Shown here one piece after another: positions 38,689 through 48,202 of a stretch of 59,607 nt of DNA. The position numbers and the translations under genes were made by a program. The stretch is from Thermoleophilaceae bacterium (GTDB lineage Bacteria > Actinomycetota > Thermoleophilia > Solirubrobacterales > Thermoleophilaceae), in NCBI GenBank assembly GCA_045805385.1, contig JBJMLG010000231.1:1-59607 (forward strand), in the 5' to 3' direction. Below the pieces are notes generated by a model, which saw nothing but the letters and a program-made list of their open reading frames with translations, did not search any database and was not told where the DNA came from. How positions within the stretch are numbered: position 1 is the stretch's first letter; each line of letters starts with the position of its first letter.

Positions 38689-39681
38689 TTGAGCGCCGGC
38701 GCCGTCGACCTTCTGCACGAAGGTCAGGAACCGGGGCTTCCCGCAGCGCCGAAGGCCGGGGCACGTGAGATCGCGGCCCTGTCGCCCGGCCAGCTGTTCT
38801 GGCGCAGGCTCAAGCAGGACAAGGTCGCCATGGGCGCCCTCGGCTTCATCATCTTGCTCTGCCTGGTCGCGATCTTCGCGCCGCTGATCGTGAAGCTCGT
38901 CGGGGCACCGAAACCGAACGTGCAGTCCACCAAGGCGCTCGACTCGTTCGGCACGCCGACGGGCCCGAGCTCGACTCACATCTTCGGCGTCGACCCGCTC
39001 GGGCGCGACGTCTTCAGCCGCGTGCTCTACGGCGCGCGCGTGTCGCTCGAGGTGGCGATCGTGGCGACCGGCATCTCGGTGCTGATCGGCGTCGTCGTCG
39101 GGCTCACCGCCGGCTTCTTCCGCGGCACCATCGACACGATCCTCTCGCGCACGATCGACGTGCTCCTGGCGTTCCCGATCCTGCTGCTCGCGCTCGGCAT
39201 CGCCGCCGCCTGCTCGTTCGGCGACGGCTGCCTCGGCGGCCTGATCCAGCCAGGCCTCACGGTCGTGATCTTCGTGATCGCGTTCGTGAACTGGACCTAC
39301 CTCGCGCGCATCGTGCGGGGGCAGGTGCTGTCGCTGCGCGAGAAGGAGTTCGTCGAGGCGTCGCGCTCGCTCGGCGCGTCGAACTCGCGGACCCTGTTCC
39401 GCGAGATCCTCCCCAACCTCTGGGCGCCGATCATCGTCTACACGACGTTCATCGTGGCGACCAACATCCTCTTCGAGGCTGCGCTCTCCTTCCTCGGTGT
39501 CGGCGTTCAACCGCCGAACCCAAGCTGGGGGGCGATGATCGCGGATGCAGCGAGCATCTTCGACACGGCCTGGTGGTACATGTTCTTCCCCGGCATCGCG
39601 CTGCTCCTCACGGTGCTCGCCTTCAACCTCCTGGGGGATGGCCTCCAGGACGCGCTCAACCCACGCGGGGGAAGGACATGA
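38689..39681 (+). CDS. Peptide/nickel-type ABC importer permease (DppC/OppC-like)
   Basis: LFWRRLKQDKVAMGALGFIILLCLVAIFAP...EASRSLGASNSRTLFREILPNLWAPIIV (EAA loop). TTG is the only in-frame start after the stop at 38674. Confidence 0.85.
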   Translation: MSAGAVDLLHEGQEPGLPAAPKAGAREIAALSPGQLFWRRLKQDKVAMGALGFIILLCLVAIFAPLIVKLVGAPKPNVQSTKALDSFGTPTGPSSTHIFGVDPLGRDVFSRVLYGARVSLEVAIVATGISVLIGVVVGLTAGFFRGTIDTILSRTIDVLLAFPILLLALGIAAACSFGDGCLGGLIQPGLTVVIFVIAFVNWTYLARIVRGQVLSLREKEFVEASRSLGASNSRTLFREILPNLWAPIIVYTTFIVATNILFEAALSFLGVGVQPPNPSWGAMIADAASIFDTAWWYMFFPGIALLLTVLAFNLLGDGLQDALNPRGGRT

Positions 39682-41447
39682 ACGGGTTCAATCGACCGAA
39701 AGGACGCAGTATGCAGAGACACGCTCTGCGTGCCCTGGCACCGGTCGTCGCCGTCGGTCTCGCCGTTGGTGCAGCCGCCTGTGGTGGCGGCAGCAGCAAC
39801 AAGAGCGGGACTAGCGGCAACGGCAACGTGACGCAGGGTAAGAAGGGCGGCACGCTGCAGGTTCAGGCCGCGGGTGACTTCGAGCACGTGGATCCCGGCC
39901 AGGCCTACTACCAGTTCGACTACATGATGGAGTTCGTAACGCAGCGGCCGCTGTACAACTGGAAGCCGAACACCAACACGGTCCCGGATCCGGACCTGGC
40001 GGCAGGTCCGCCACAGGTCTCCAATGGCGGCAAGACCGTCACCGTGAAGATCAAGAAGGGCGTGAAGTTCAGCCCGCCGGTGAACCGCGAGGTGACCTCG
40101 AAGGACGTGCAGTACGCGATCGAGCGGGCTGCCACTCCAAACGTGGCGAACGGCTACGTGGGCGTGTACTTCGGCGATGTCGTGGGCTGGAAGGACTTCC
40201 CGAAGAAGACCAAGCACGTCGCGGGCATCACCACCCCCGACAACCAGACCATCGTCTTCAAGCTTGCCCGGCCGGTGGCCGGCACGCTGGCGCAGGCTCT
40301 GTCTCTGCCGGCGTCCGCACCTGTGCCGCCCGAGTACGCGAAGAAGTACGACGCAAAGAACCCGTCCACCTACGCGCAGCACATGGTGTTCACCGGGCCG
40401 TACGAGATGACCACCTACCAGCCCGGCAAGAAGGCCGTGCTGAAGCGCAACCCCAACTGGGATCCGAAGACCGATTGGCGTCCGGCTTACCTGGACCAGA
40501 TCATCTTCTCGATGGGCAACGACGCGACCGTCGCCTCCCGTCAGATCCTCGGCGGGCAGAACCAGGTGTCGGGTGACTTCGGCGCCCCGGCGCCGATCGT
40601 GAAGCAGGCGTCCACGAGCAAGAAGGACCAGATCACCTTCACGCCCAGCTCGGGCAACCGCTACGTGGCGCTGAACACCACGATCAAGCCACTCGACAAC
40701 ATCAACGTGCGCAAGGCGATCATCGCGGCGACGGACCGCACCGCCCTGCGCCTGACGCGTGGCGGCCCCTCGGTGGGCGACATCGCGACGCATTACATCC
40801 CACCCGGAATGCCGGGGTTCGAGGAAGCAGGGGGCATGGCCGGAAGCGGCCTCGACTTCCTCAAGAACCCGAACGGCGACTTGGCGCTGGCCCAGTCGTA
40901 CATGAAGAAGGGCGGGTTCCCGAGCGGTAAGTACACGGGCAGCCAGAAGCTGCTGATGGTCGGCGACAACGCCGAGCCCGGCAGCAAGACCGCCCAGGTG
41001 ATGCAGCAGCAGCTGCAGAAGCTCGGCTTCAAGCTGAACTTCCGGCAGGTGCCGCACGACACCATGTACTCCAAGTTCTGCAACGTGCCGAAGTCGAAGG
41101 TGGCCATCTGCCCGAACGTGGGCTGGCTGAAGGACTTCGAGGACGCTCAGACGATGATGGACCCGACGTTCAACGGCACCGCGATCGTGCCTGTGAACAA
41201 CTCCAACTGGCCGCAGCTGAACGACCCCAAGGTCAACGCTGCGATGAAGAAGGCGGAGCTGGTCACGGACGCAAACGCGCGCGCCAAGGCGTGGGGTGAG
41301 ATCGACAAGATGGTCACGGCCCTCGCCCCGGCAGTGCCGTGGCTGTGGGACAAGCAGGCCAACATCCGGTCTGCTGCCGTGAATGGCGTCATCAACCAGT
41401 TCAACGCGTCGTGGGACCTCGCGTACACGTCGCTGAAGAACCCCTAG
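39678..41447 (+). CDS. ABC importer substrate-binding lipoprotein, family 5 (DppA/OppA-like), copy 1
   Basis: ATG 39678 overlaps the upstream stop (ATGA) and follows GGGGGAAGGA (alternative ATG at 39711). Lipobox AVGAAACGGG. Typical SBP_bac_5 length and pattern. Confidence 0.88.
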   Translation: MNGFNRPKGRSMQRHALRALAPVVAVGLAVGAAACGGGSSNKSGTSGNGNVTQGKKGGTLQVQAAGDFEHVDPGQAYYQFDYMMEFVTQRPLYNWKPNTNTVPDPDLAAGPPQVSNGGKTVTVKIKKGVKFSPPVNREVTSKDVQYAIERAATPNVANGYVGVYFGDVVGWKDFPKKTKHVAGITTPDNQTIVFKLARPVAGTLAQALSLPASAPVPPEYAKKYDAKNPSTYAQHMVFTGPYEMTTYQPGKKAVLKRNPNWDPKTDWRPAYLDQIIFSMGNDATVASRQILGGQNQVSGDFGAPAPIVKQASTSKKDQITFTPSSGNRYVALNTTIKPLDNINVRKAIIAATDRTALRLTRGGPSVGDIATHYIPPGMPGFEEAGGMAGSGLDFLKNPNGDLALAQSYMKKGGFPSGKYTGSQKLLMVGDNAEPGSKTAQVMQQQLQKLGFKLNFRQVPHDTMYSKFCNVPKSKVAICPNVGWLKDFEDAQTMMDPTFNGTAIVPVNNSNWPQLNDPKVNAAMKKAELVTDANARAKAWGEIDKMVTALAPAVPWLWDKQANIRSAAVNGVINQFNASWDLAYTSLKNP

Positions 41448-41491
41448 GCGAGAGCAAAAGGGTTCTGAGCTAAGACCAACCCGGATCGTCA

Positions 41492-41523
41492 GGAGCCTCG
41501 CCGCGCAGCTGCGGCGGGGCTCC
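41492..41523 (+). terminator. Intra-operon stem-loop after the binding-protein gene (partial terminator or mRNA stabiliser candidate)
   Basis: 13-bp stem GGAGCCTCGCCGC / GCGGCGGGGCTCC (one G-U pair) with a 6-nt loop and no U-tract. Confidence 0.5.
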
Positions 41524-41543
41524 TCGGTCCAACCGAAACACCA

Positions 41544-42506
41544 ATGGGCACCTACATCATCCGCAGGCTCCTCTGGGTCGTCATCCTGCTGTTCCTCGTC
41601 AGCCTGCTGACGTTCATCATCTTCTACCTGTTCCCCTCGGCCGACCCCGCCGCGCTGCGCGCGGGGCGCCAGCCGAACCCGGCGCTCGTGGAGCAGATCC
41701 GGCAGTCGCTCGGCCTCGACAAGCCCTGGTACGTGCAGTACGGGAAGTACATGAAGAACCTGATCCTGCACTTCGACCTCGGCACGAGCTACCAGAACAA
41801 CATCTCCGTGAAGACGCAGATCTTCCAGCGTCTTCCCGCCACCATCTCGCTCACGGTGGGGGCCGTGGTGGTCTGGGTGGTGGCGGGCGTGAGCGTCGGC
41901 ATCCTGTCGGCCATCAAGCGCCGCACCTGGCTCGATCGCACGGCCATGACGGGCGCGCTGATCGGCATCTCCGCGCCGGTCTACTGGCTCGGGCTCGTGT
42001 CGCTCTACCTGTTCGCGAGCGACATCGGCAAGTTCAAGATCTTCTCGGGCGCGAACAGCTACGTCCCGTTCTCGCAGGACCCGGCAAAGTGGTTCTCGTC
42101 CCTGATCCTGCCGTGGCTCGTTCTGGCGGCGTCGTTCGCCGCGTTCTACGCGAGGCTCTTGAGAGCCAACCTGCTCGAGACGATGTCGGAGGACTACATC
42201 CGAACGGCGAGAGCCAAGGGGCTCGGCGAACGTCGCGTGATCATGCGCCACGGGGTGCGTAGTGCGATCACGCCCCTGGTCACCGCGCTCGGCCTCGACA
42301 TCGGCATCTTGCTCGGAGGTGCCATCCTCACAGAGTCGGTATTCAACATTCCCGGCGTGGGCCGGCTCGCATATGACGCGATCACGCGCAGCGACCTGCC
42401 CATGATCCAGGGCACGGTTCTGTTCGGAGCTTTCTTCATCGTCATGGCGAATCTCGTGGTGGACATCGCATACGCCTTCCTCGACCCGAGGGTGCGCTAC
42501 TCGTGA
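41544..42506 (+). CDS. Peptide/nickel-type ABC importer permease (DppB/OppB-like)
   Basis: MGTYIIRRLLWVVILLFLVSLLTFIIF...YIRTARAKGLGERRVIMRHGVRSA (EAA loop). Confidence 0.9.
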   Translation: MGTYIIRRLLWVVILLFLVSLLTFIIFYLFPSADPAALRAGRQPNPALVEQIRQSLGLDKPWYVQYGKYMKNLILHFDLGTSYQNNISVKTQIFQRLPATISLTVGAVVVWVVAGVSVGILSAIKRRTWLDRTAMTGALIGISAPVYWLGLVSLYLFASDIGKFKIFSGANSYVPFSQDPAKWFSSLILPWLVLAASFAAFYARLLRANLLETMSEDYIRTARAKGLGERRVIMRHGVRSAITPLVTALGLDIGILLGGAILTESVFNIPGVGRLAYDAITRSDLPMIQGTVLFGAFFIVMANLVVDIAYAFLDPRVRYS

Positions 42507-43560
42507 GCGCCCTCCTAGAGGTCGACGACCTCCACGTCTACTTCGATACCGAGGACGGCCTCGTGAAGGCCGTCGACGGGGTGAGCTTCAGCGTGGACCG
42601 CGGCGAGGTGCTCGGCATCGTGGGTGAGTCGGGCTCGGGGAAGAGCGTCTCGATGCTCACCGTCATGGGCCTCACGCGCTCCACGAACACGCAGCTGTCG
42701 GGCGCGGCCAGGTTCGAGGGCCGCGACTTGATCGCGCTGAAGCCCGACGAGCTGCGGCAGGTGCGCGGCAACGACATCGCGATGATCTTCCAGGACCCGC
42801 TGTCCTCGCTGCACCCCTTCTACAAGGTGGGTTGGCAGCTCGTCGAGGCGATCCGCGCTCACCAGAATGTGAACAAGGGGGCCGCGCGCGAGCGCGCCGT
42901 CGAACTGCTCGACATGGTCGGGATCCCCGAGCCGCGCCGGCGCGTGGACGCGTACCCGCACGAGTTCTCGGGCGGCATGCGCCAGCGCGCGATGATCGCG
43001 ATGGCTCTCGCGAACGAGCCGAAGCTGCTGATCGCCGACGAGCCCACCACCGCGCTCGACGTGACGGTGCAGGCCCAGATCCTCGAGCTGATAGCGCGCC
43101 TCCAGCGCGAGCTCCAGATGGCGGTGATCCTGATCACGCACGACCTCGGAGTCGTCGCCGAGGTGACCGACAACATCAACGTCATGTATGCCGGCCGGAT
43201 CATCGAGTCGGCACCCACGGACCGCATCTTCGCCGCGCCGGAGCACCCCTACACCTGGGGCCTGCTGCGCTCGATCCCGAGCCTCGACCGCCCGCGCGAC
43301 GAGGACCTCGTTCCGATCCCCGGTCGGCCGCCAAGCCTGATCAACCTGCCGAGCGGATGTTCGTTCCACCCGCGCTGCCCGTACGTGCGCGAGGCGCACA
43401 AGCGAATCGACCCCAGGCTCGAGGCGCTGCCGGACGACGGGGACCACAAGGTCGCCTGCCTGTTGCCATCTGAAACGCGCAAGCGAATCTGGCGCGAGCT
43501 GAAGGCCGGGAAGGACCCGGAGGAGGCACGGGCCGCCGTCAACCTCGAGGAGGTGAGCGG

Positions 43561-43564
<4 letters not shown>
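42503..43564 (+). CDS. Peptide ABC importer ATPase (DppD/OppD-like)
   Basis: Walker [29 protein letters not shown], and a C-terminal oligopeptide-type extension with CSFHPRCP. Confidence 0.92.
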
Positions 43565-44616
<1,052 letters not shown>

Positions 44617-44764
44617 CCGCGGTCGGGCCATTCTTTAGCCGCTCGTTAAGCGCGTGAGCGCACGCGGTGGCGGAAATTCCCGGTAGTAGGGTTCGCGCCG
44701 GGTCCAACGCGCCTGGCTTCGCAAGGCCCAGCCAGGCCGAACTTGTGTGGAGGTCTCAAGAGGG

Positions 44765-46546
44765 ATGAGGAACTTCTTCGAGGGCCGCCTGCGCGGAGCA
44801 CTGATGCTCCTCGCGATCGGCGGTCTCAGCGTCGGCGTCGCGGCATGCGGCGGCGGCAGCAGCAACAAGAGCTCGACGAGCGGCGGGCAGCCCGCGGCGA
44901 ACGCCAAGAAGGGCGGGACGCTGCACATCCTGTCGAACGGCGACGTGGACTACGTCGATCCGGGCGCGGCGTACTACCAGTTCACGTTCATCATGAGCTA
45001 CGCCACCCAGCGTCCGCTCTTCTCGTACAAGCCCACCGACGAGAAGGCCACGCCTGACCTCGCTGCGGGGCCCGCTCAGGTCTCCGACGGTGGCAAGACG
45101 ATCACGATCAAGATCAAGCCCGGCGTGAAGTTCAGCCCGCCGGTGAACCGCGCCGTCACGTCGAAGGACGTGAAGTACGCAATCGAGCGCGGCTTCAACT
45201 CCACGGTCGCGAACGGCTACGCGGGCGCCTACTTCGGCGACCTCGTCGGTGCCGACGCCGCCAAGAAGGGCAAGGGGGCGCCGATCTCCGGCATCACCAC
45301 GCCTGACAACCAGACGATCGTGTTCAAGCTCTCGAAGCCGAACGCGAACAACGTCGTCGGCGCGCTGTCGCTTCCGCTGTCGGCGGCGGTGCCGGCCGAG
45401 TACGCCAAGAAATTCGACAAGAAGAACCCATCGTCGTACGGCCAGAACCAGGTCGCAACCGGCCCGTACATGATCAAGAACAACAGCTCCGGCAAGGCGA
45501 CCGGCTATGAGCCGGGCAAGCGCATCACGCTCGTCCGGAATCCGAACTGGGACAAGTCGACCGACTACCGGCCGGCCTACCTCGACTCGATCGTGTTCGA
45601 CGAGGGCAACGCGGACGCCGTTTCGGCCAGCCGCCGCATCCTCCAGGGCTCGGACCTCGCCAACGGTCAGGCGGACTTCAACATCCCGCCGCAGATCCTG
45701 AAGCAGGCCTCGCAGGGAGCCACCAAGGCTCAGCTCATCCGCGGCGTCAGCACCGGCCGCGTGCGCTACATCTCGCTGAACACCACCATCAAGCCGTTCG
45801 ACAACCCGAACGTGCGCAAGGCGGTGTCGGCGATCGTGGACCGGAACGCCATGCGTCTCGCAATGGGCGGCCCGGTGGCCGGCGACATCCCGACCCACTT
45901 CCTGCCGCCGGGTATTCCCGGCTTCGACCAGGCCGGAGGCATGCAGGGGCCGGGCAACGACTGGCTCGCCAAGCCTCAGGGCGATCCGGCGCTTGCCGCG
46001 GAGTACATGAAGAAGGGCGGCTACCCGAGCGGCAAGTACACCGGCAGCCAGAAGTTCCTGATGGTGGCGGACGACAGCGGTCCGAGCGCGAAGGCTGCGC
46101 TCGTCGCCCAGGCCAGCCTGCAGAAGCTCGGCTTCAAGCTGAACTTCCGCCAGGTGCCTCACGACACCATGTACACGAAGTTCTGCAACGTTCCGAAGTC
46201 GAAGGTCGCGATCTGCCCGAGCACTGGCTGGCAGAAGGACTTCCCGGATCCCCAGTCGATGCTCGATCCGACCTTCAACGGCAAGAACATCGTGCCGGTG
46301 AACAACTCGAACTGGCCGCAGCTGAACGACAGTGCGGTGAACGCGGCGCTCGAGAAGGCCGCTCCGATCACCGACCCGACTCAGCGGGCCCAGGCGTACG
46401 GCAACATCGACAAGCAGATCACGGCGCTCGCGCCGGGCGTGCCGTGGCTCTGGGACAAGGCCACGGGCATCGAGTCGAAGAACGTCAACGGGGTGCTGAA
46501 CAAGTTCAACGCCGCGTGGGACCTGTCGTACACGTCGCTGAAGTAG
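44765..46546 (+). CDS. ABC importer substrate-binding lipoprotein, family 5, copy 2 (paralogue of 39678..41447)
   Basis: ATG 44765 lies downstream of GGAGG (the track ORF starts at GTG 44747). Lipobox SVGVAACGGG. Colinear with copy 1 and very similar in the C-terminal third. Confidence 0.88.
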   Translation: MRNFFEGRLRGALMLLAIGGLSVGVAACGGGSSNKSSTSGGQPAANAKKGGTLHILSNGDVDYVDPGAAYYQFTFIMSYATQRPLFSYKPTDEKATPDLAAGPAQVSDGGKTITIKIKPGVKFSPPVNRAVTSKDVKYAIERGFNSTVANGYAGAYFGDLVGADAAKKGKGAPISGITTPDNQTIVFKLSKPNANNVVGALSLPLSAAVPAEYAKKFDKKNPSSYGQNQVATGPYMIKNNSSGKATGYEPGKRITLVRNPNWDKSTDYRPAYLDSIVFDEGNADAVSASRRILQGSDLANGQADFNIPPQILKQASQGATKAQLIRGVSTGRVRYISLNTTIKPFDNPNVRKAVSAIVDRNAMRLAMGGPVAGDIPTHFLPPGIPGFDQAGGMQGPGNDWLAKPQGDPALAAEYMKKGGYPSGKYTGSQKFLMVADDSGPSAKAALVAQASLQKLGFKLNFRQVPHDTMYTKFCNVPKSKVAICPSTGWQKDFPDPQSMLDPTFNGKNIVPVNNSNWPQLNDSAVNAALEKAAPITDPTQRAQAYGNIDKQITALAPGVPWLWDKATGIESKNVNGVLNKFNAAWDLSYTSLK

Positions 46547-46573
46547 CGCCGTCCGACAAGCGCAGCATGGAAA

Positions 46574-46598
46574 GGGCCCCGCTCGGCGGGGCCCTTTT
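46574..46598 (+). terminator. Intrinsic terminator after the second binding-protein gene
   Basis: GGGCCCCG CTCGG CGGGGCCC followed by TTTT and preceded by GAAA. Confidence 0.85.
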
Positions 46599-46678
46599 CG
46601 TTGCCGTGGCGCGCGCACACTCGCCGTTTTCGCGCCGCAATGCGATTTCGCACAGGTTTTTGCACCCGAACTGACTAC

Positions 46679-46864
46679 TTGACACGCGCGTCATCGCGTG
46701 AGAATGTCGCCTTGCACAACTTCTCCTGACGAAGCTGTGCAGGCCGGGAGGACTCGGCTGTCGTACCCGCAATTTCTACGAGGGAGCCCTCCATGCCGAC
46801 CCGCGGAAATTAGTTTCAAGAAGTGAGACGGACAAAAGGGCCGCCCACCGGGCGGTCCTTTTCT
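46679..46864 (+). promoter_or_regulatory. Candidate promoter + structured leader/sRNA ending in a terminator, upstream of an MFS pump
   Basis: TTGACA at 46679-46684. GC content is visibly lower than in flanking genes. No coding-type codon bias. SD + 6-codon mini-ORF at 46793-46813. Terminator at 46836-46864. Confidence 0.35.
46836..46864 (+). terminator. Intrinsic terminator 49 nt upstream of the MFS start codon
   Basis: AAGGGCCGCCC ACC GGGCGGTCCTT (one G-U pair) flanked by AAAA upstream and TTTTCT downstream. Confidence 0.75.
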
Positions 46865-46912
46865 CGTCCGGTTATGTTGCGCCTGTCCGGCCTCGCCGGT
46901 ACTTCTTGACGG

Positions 46913-48202
46913 ATGCGCGGCTTCAGGGACCTCCTACGCCACGAGAGATACGCGCGCCGGTTCTTCGGCGCGTACGCTCAATCCGCGCTCGGCACGGGCG
47001 CCGCCTATGTGGCGCTTGTGCTCCTGGCGTACGAGCGCTTCACTTCACCGTGGGCGATCGCGCTCGTGCTGCTCGCCGACTTCGTGCCGCCGATGCTGCT
47101 CGGTCCGGTGTTCGGCGCCGCCGCCGACCGCTGGCCGCGGCGCACGTGCGCGATCGTGGGCGACCTCGTGCGGGCGGGCGCGTTCATCGGCATCGCGCTG
47201 ATCGACGACTTCGGCGCCACCGTCGCCTTCGCGCTGCTGGCCGGCATCGGCACCGGCCTCTTCAAGCCGGCGGTGATGGCCGGCCTGCCCACGATCGTCT
47301 CGCGCGACAGGATCGCGCGGGCCACCGGCCTGTACGGGGCACTCACCGAGCTCGGCTACACGGTCGGGCCGGGTATCGCCGGACTGCTGCTGCTCTTCAT
47401 GTCGCCGTCCACGCTCTTGCTGGTCAACGGGGCAACCTTCGCGGTGTCCGCGGCGGTGCTCGCGGCGATCCCGCTGCGCGCCGCCTCGGGCGAGGTGGGC
47501 GAGGGGCCGGCCGGGGAGCGCCGTTCGCTGCTTCGGGAGGCGCGGGAGGGGGTGGCGCTCACCGCTCGCATGCCGCTCGTGCGCACCGCCATCGTGGCCA
47601 CGAGCGCGATCCTGCTGTTCGGCGGGATGGTGAACGTGGCAGAGCTGCTGCTCGTACGCCATCTCGGCGGCGGGCAGGTGGCGTACTCGGTGCTGGTGAC
47701 TGCCTCCGGGGTGGGCATCCTCGCCGGCACCCTCGCCAGCTCGCGGGGCGGCCCGCTGCGATTGCTCGAGGGGCGCTTCGTGGCGGGCCTCGCACTGTTC
47801 GCCGGCGGCATGATCGCGACCGGCTTCGCGCCGAGTGTCCCGGTCGCTCTCGCGGGCGTGGCGCTCGCGGGGGTCGGGAACGGCTTCGTGATCACGCATG
47901 AGCGGCTGCTGATCCAGCTCACGGTCGACGACGCGCTGATGGGGCGCGTGTTCGGCATCCAGGGCGCGCTCGACGGCGGCGCCTTCGGCGCGGCGTTCCT
48001 GGCCGGCGGCGCGATCCTCTCGCTGGTGGGTCCCGCGACTGTGTTCTTCCTCGCGGGCGGCGGCGGGCTGCTCGTGTGGCTGGGAACGCGGGCGGCGCTC
48101 TCGTCGAGCCGCCGGCGGCAGGTGGCGGAGGGGCCGTCCGAGCCCATCGCTGAGACGCCGGCGGAGGCCCCGCCGGTGGCGGCGGCGGGCGCGGAGCGCT
48201 AG
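46913..48202 (+). CDS. MFS transporter, MFS_3 / MefA-EntS-like family
   Basis: FRDLLRHERYARRFFGAYAQSALGTGAAYVALVLL...LGPVFGAAADRWPRRTCAIVGDLVRA (motif A-like), about 12 TM segments. Confidence 0.8.
   Translation: MRGFRDLLRHERYARRFFGAYAQSALGTGAAYVALVLLAYERFTSPWAIALVLLADFVPPMLLGPVFGAAADRWPRRTCAIVGDLVRAGAFIGIALIDDFGATVAFALLAGIGTGLFKPAVMAGLPTIVSRDRIARATGLYGALTELGYTVGPGIAGLLLLFMSPSTLLLVNGATFAVSAAVLAAIPLRAASGEVGEGPAGERRSLLREAREGVALTARMPLVRTAIVATSAILLFGGMVNVAELLLVRHLGGGQVAYSVLVTASGVGILAGTLASSRGGPLRLLEGRFVAGLALFAGGMIATGFAPSVPVALAGVALAGVGNGFVITHERLLIQLTVDDALMGRVFGIQGALDGGAFGAAFLAGGAILSLVGPATVFFLAGGGGLLVWLGTRAALSSSRRRQVAEGPSEPIAETPAEAPPVAAAGAER

Noticed and set aside
39507-42251. 914-aa minus-strand ORF spanning the binding-protein and permease genes
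   Set aside because: This is an antisense shadow ORF typical of very GC-rich DNA. Its translation is Arg/His/Val/Asp-rich and low-complexity with no recognisable motifs, whereas the plus strand encodes clear DppC/SBP/DppB proteins with G/C-ending codons.
46704-46826. 40-codon ORF (MSPCTTSPDEAVQAGRTRLSYPQFLRGSPPCRPAEISFKK) inside the leader region
   Set aside because: Only about half of its codons end in G/C, versus the great majority in real genes here. The ATG sits inside the putative -10 element and has no SD. The region is more likely non-coding RNA.
46599-46912. Known riboswitch classes for the leader upstream of the MFS pump
   Set aside because: By eye, none of the purine, guanidine-I/II/III, ZTP, fluoride, preQ1, TPP, glycine or Mn2+ core consensus segments is present in the right order. 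This is a visual comparison only and needs cmscan.
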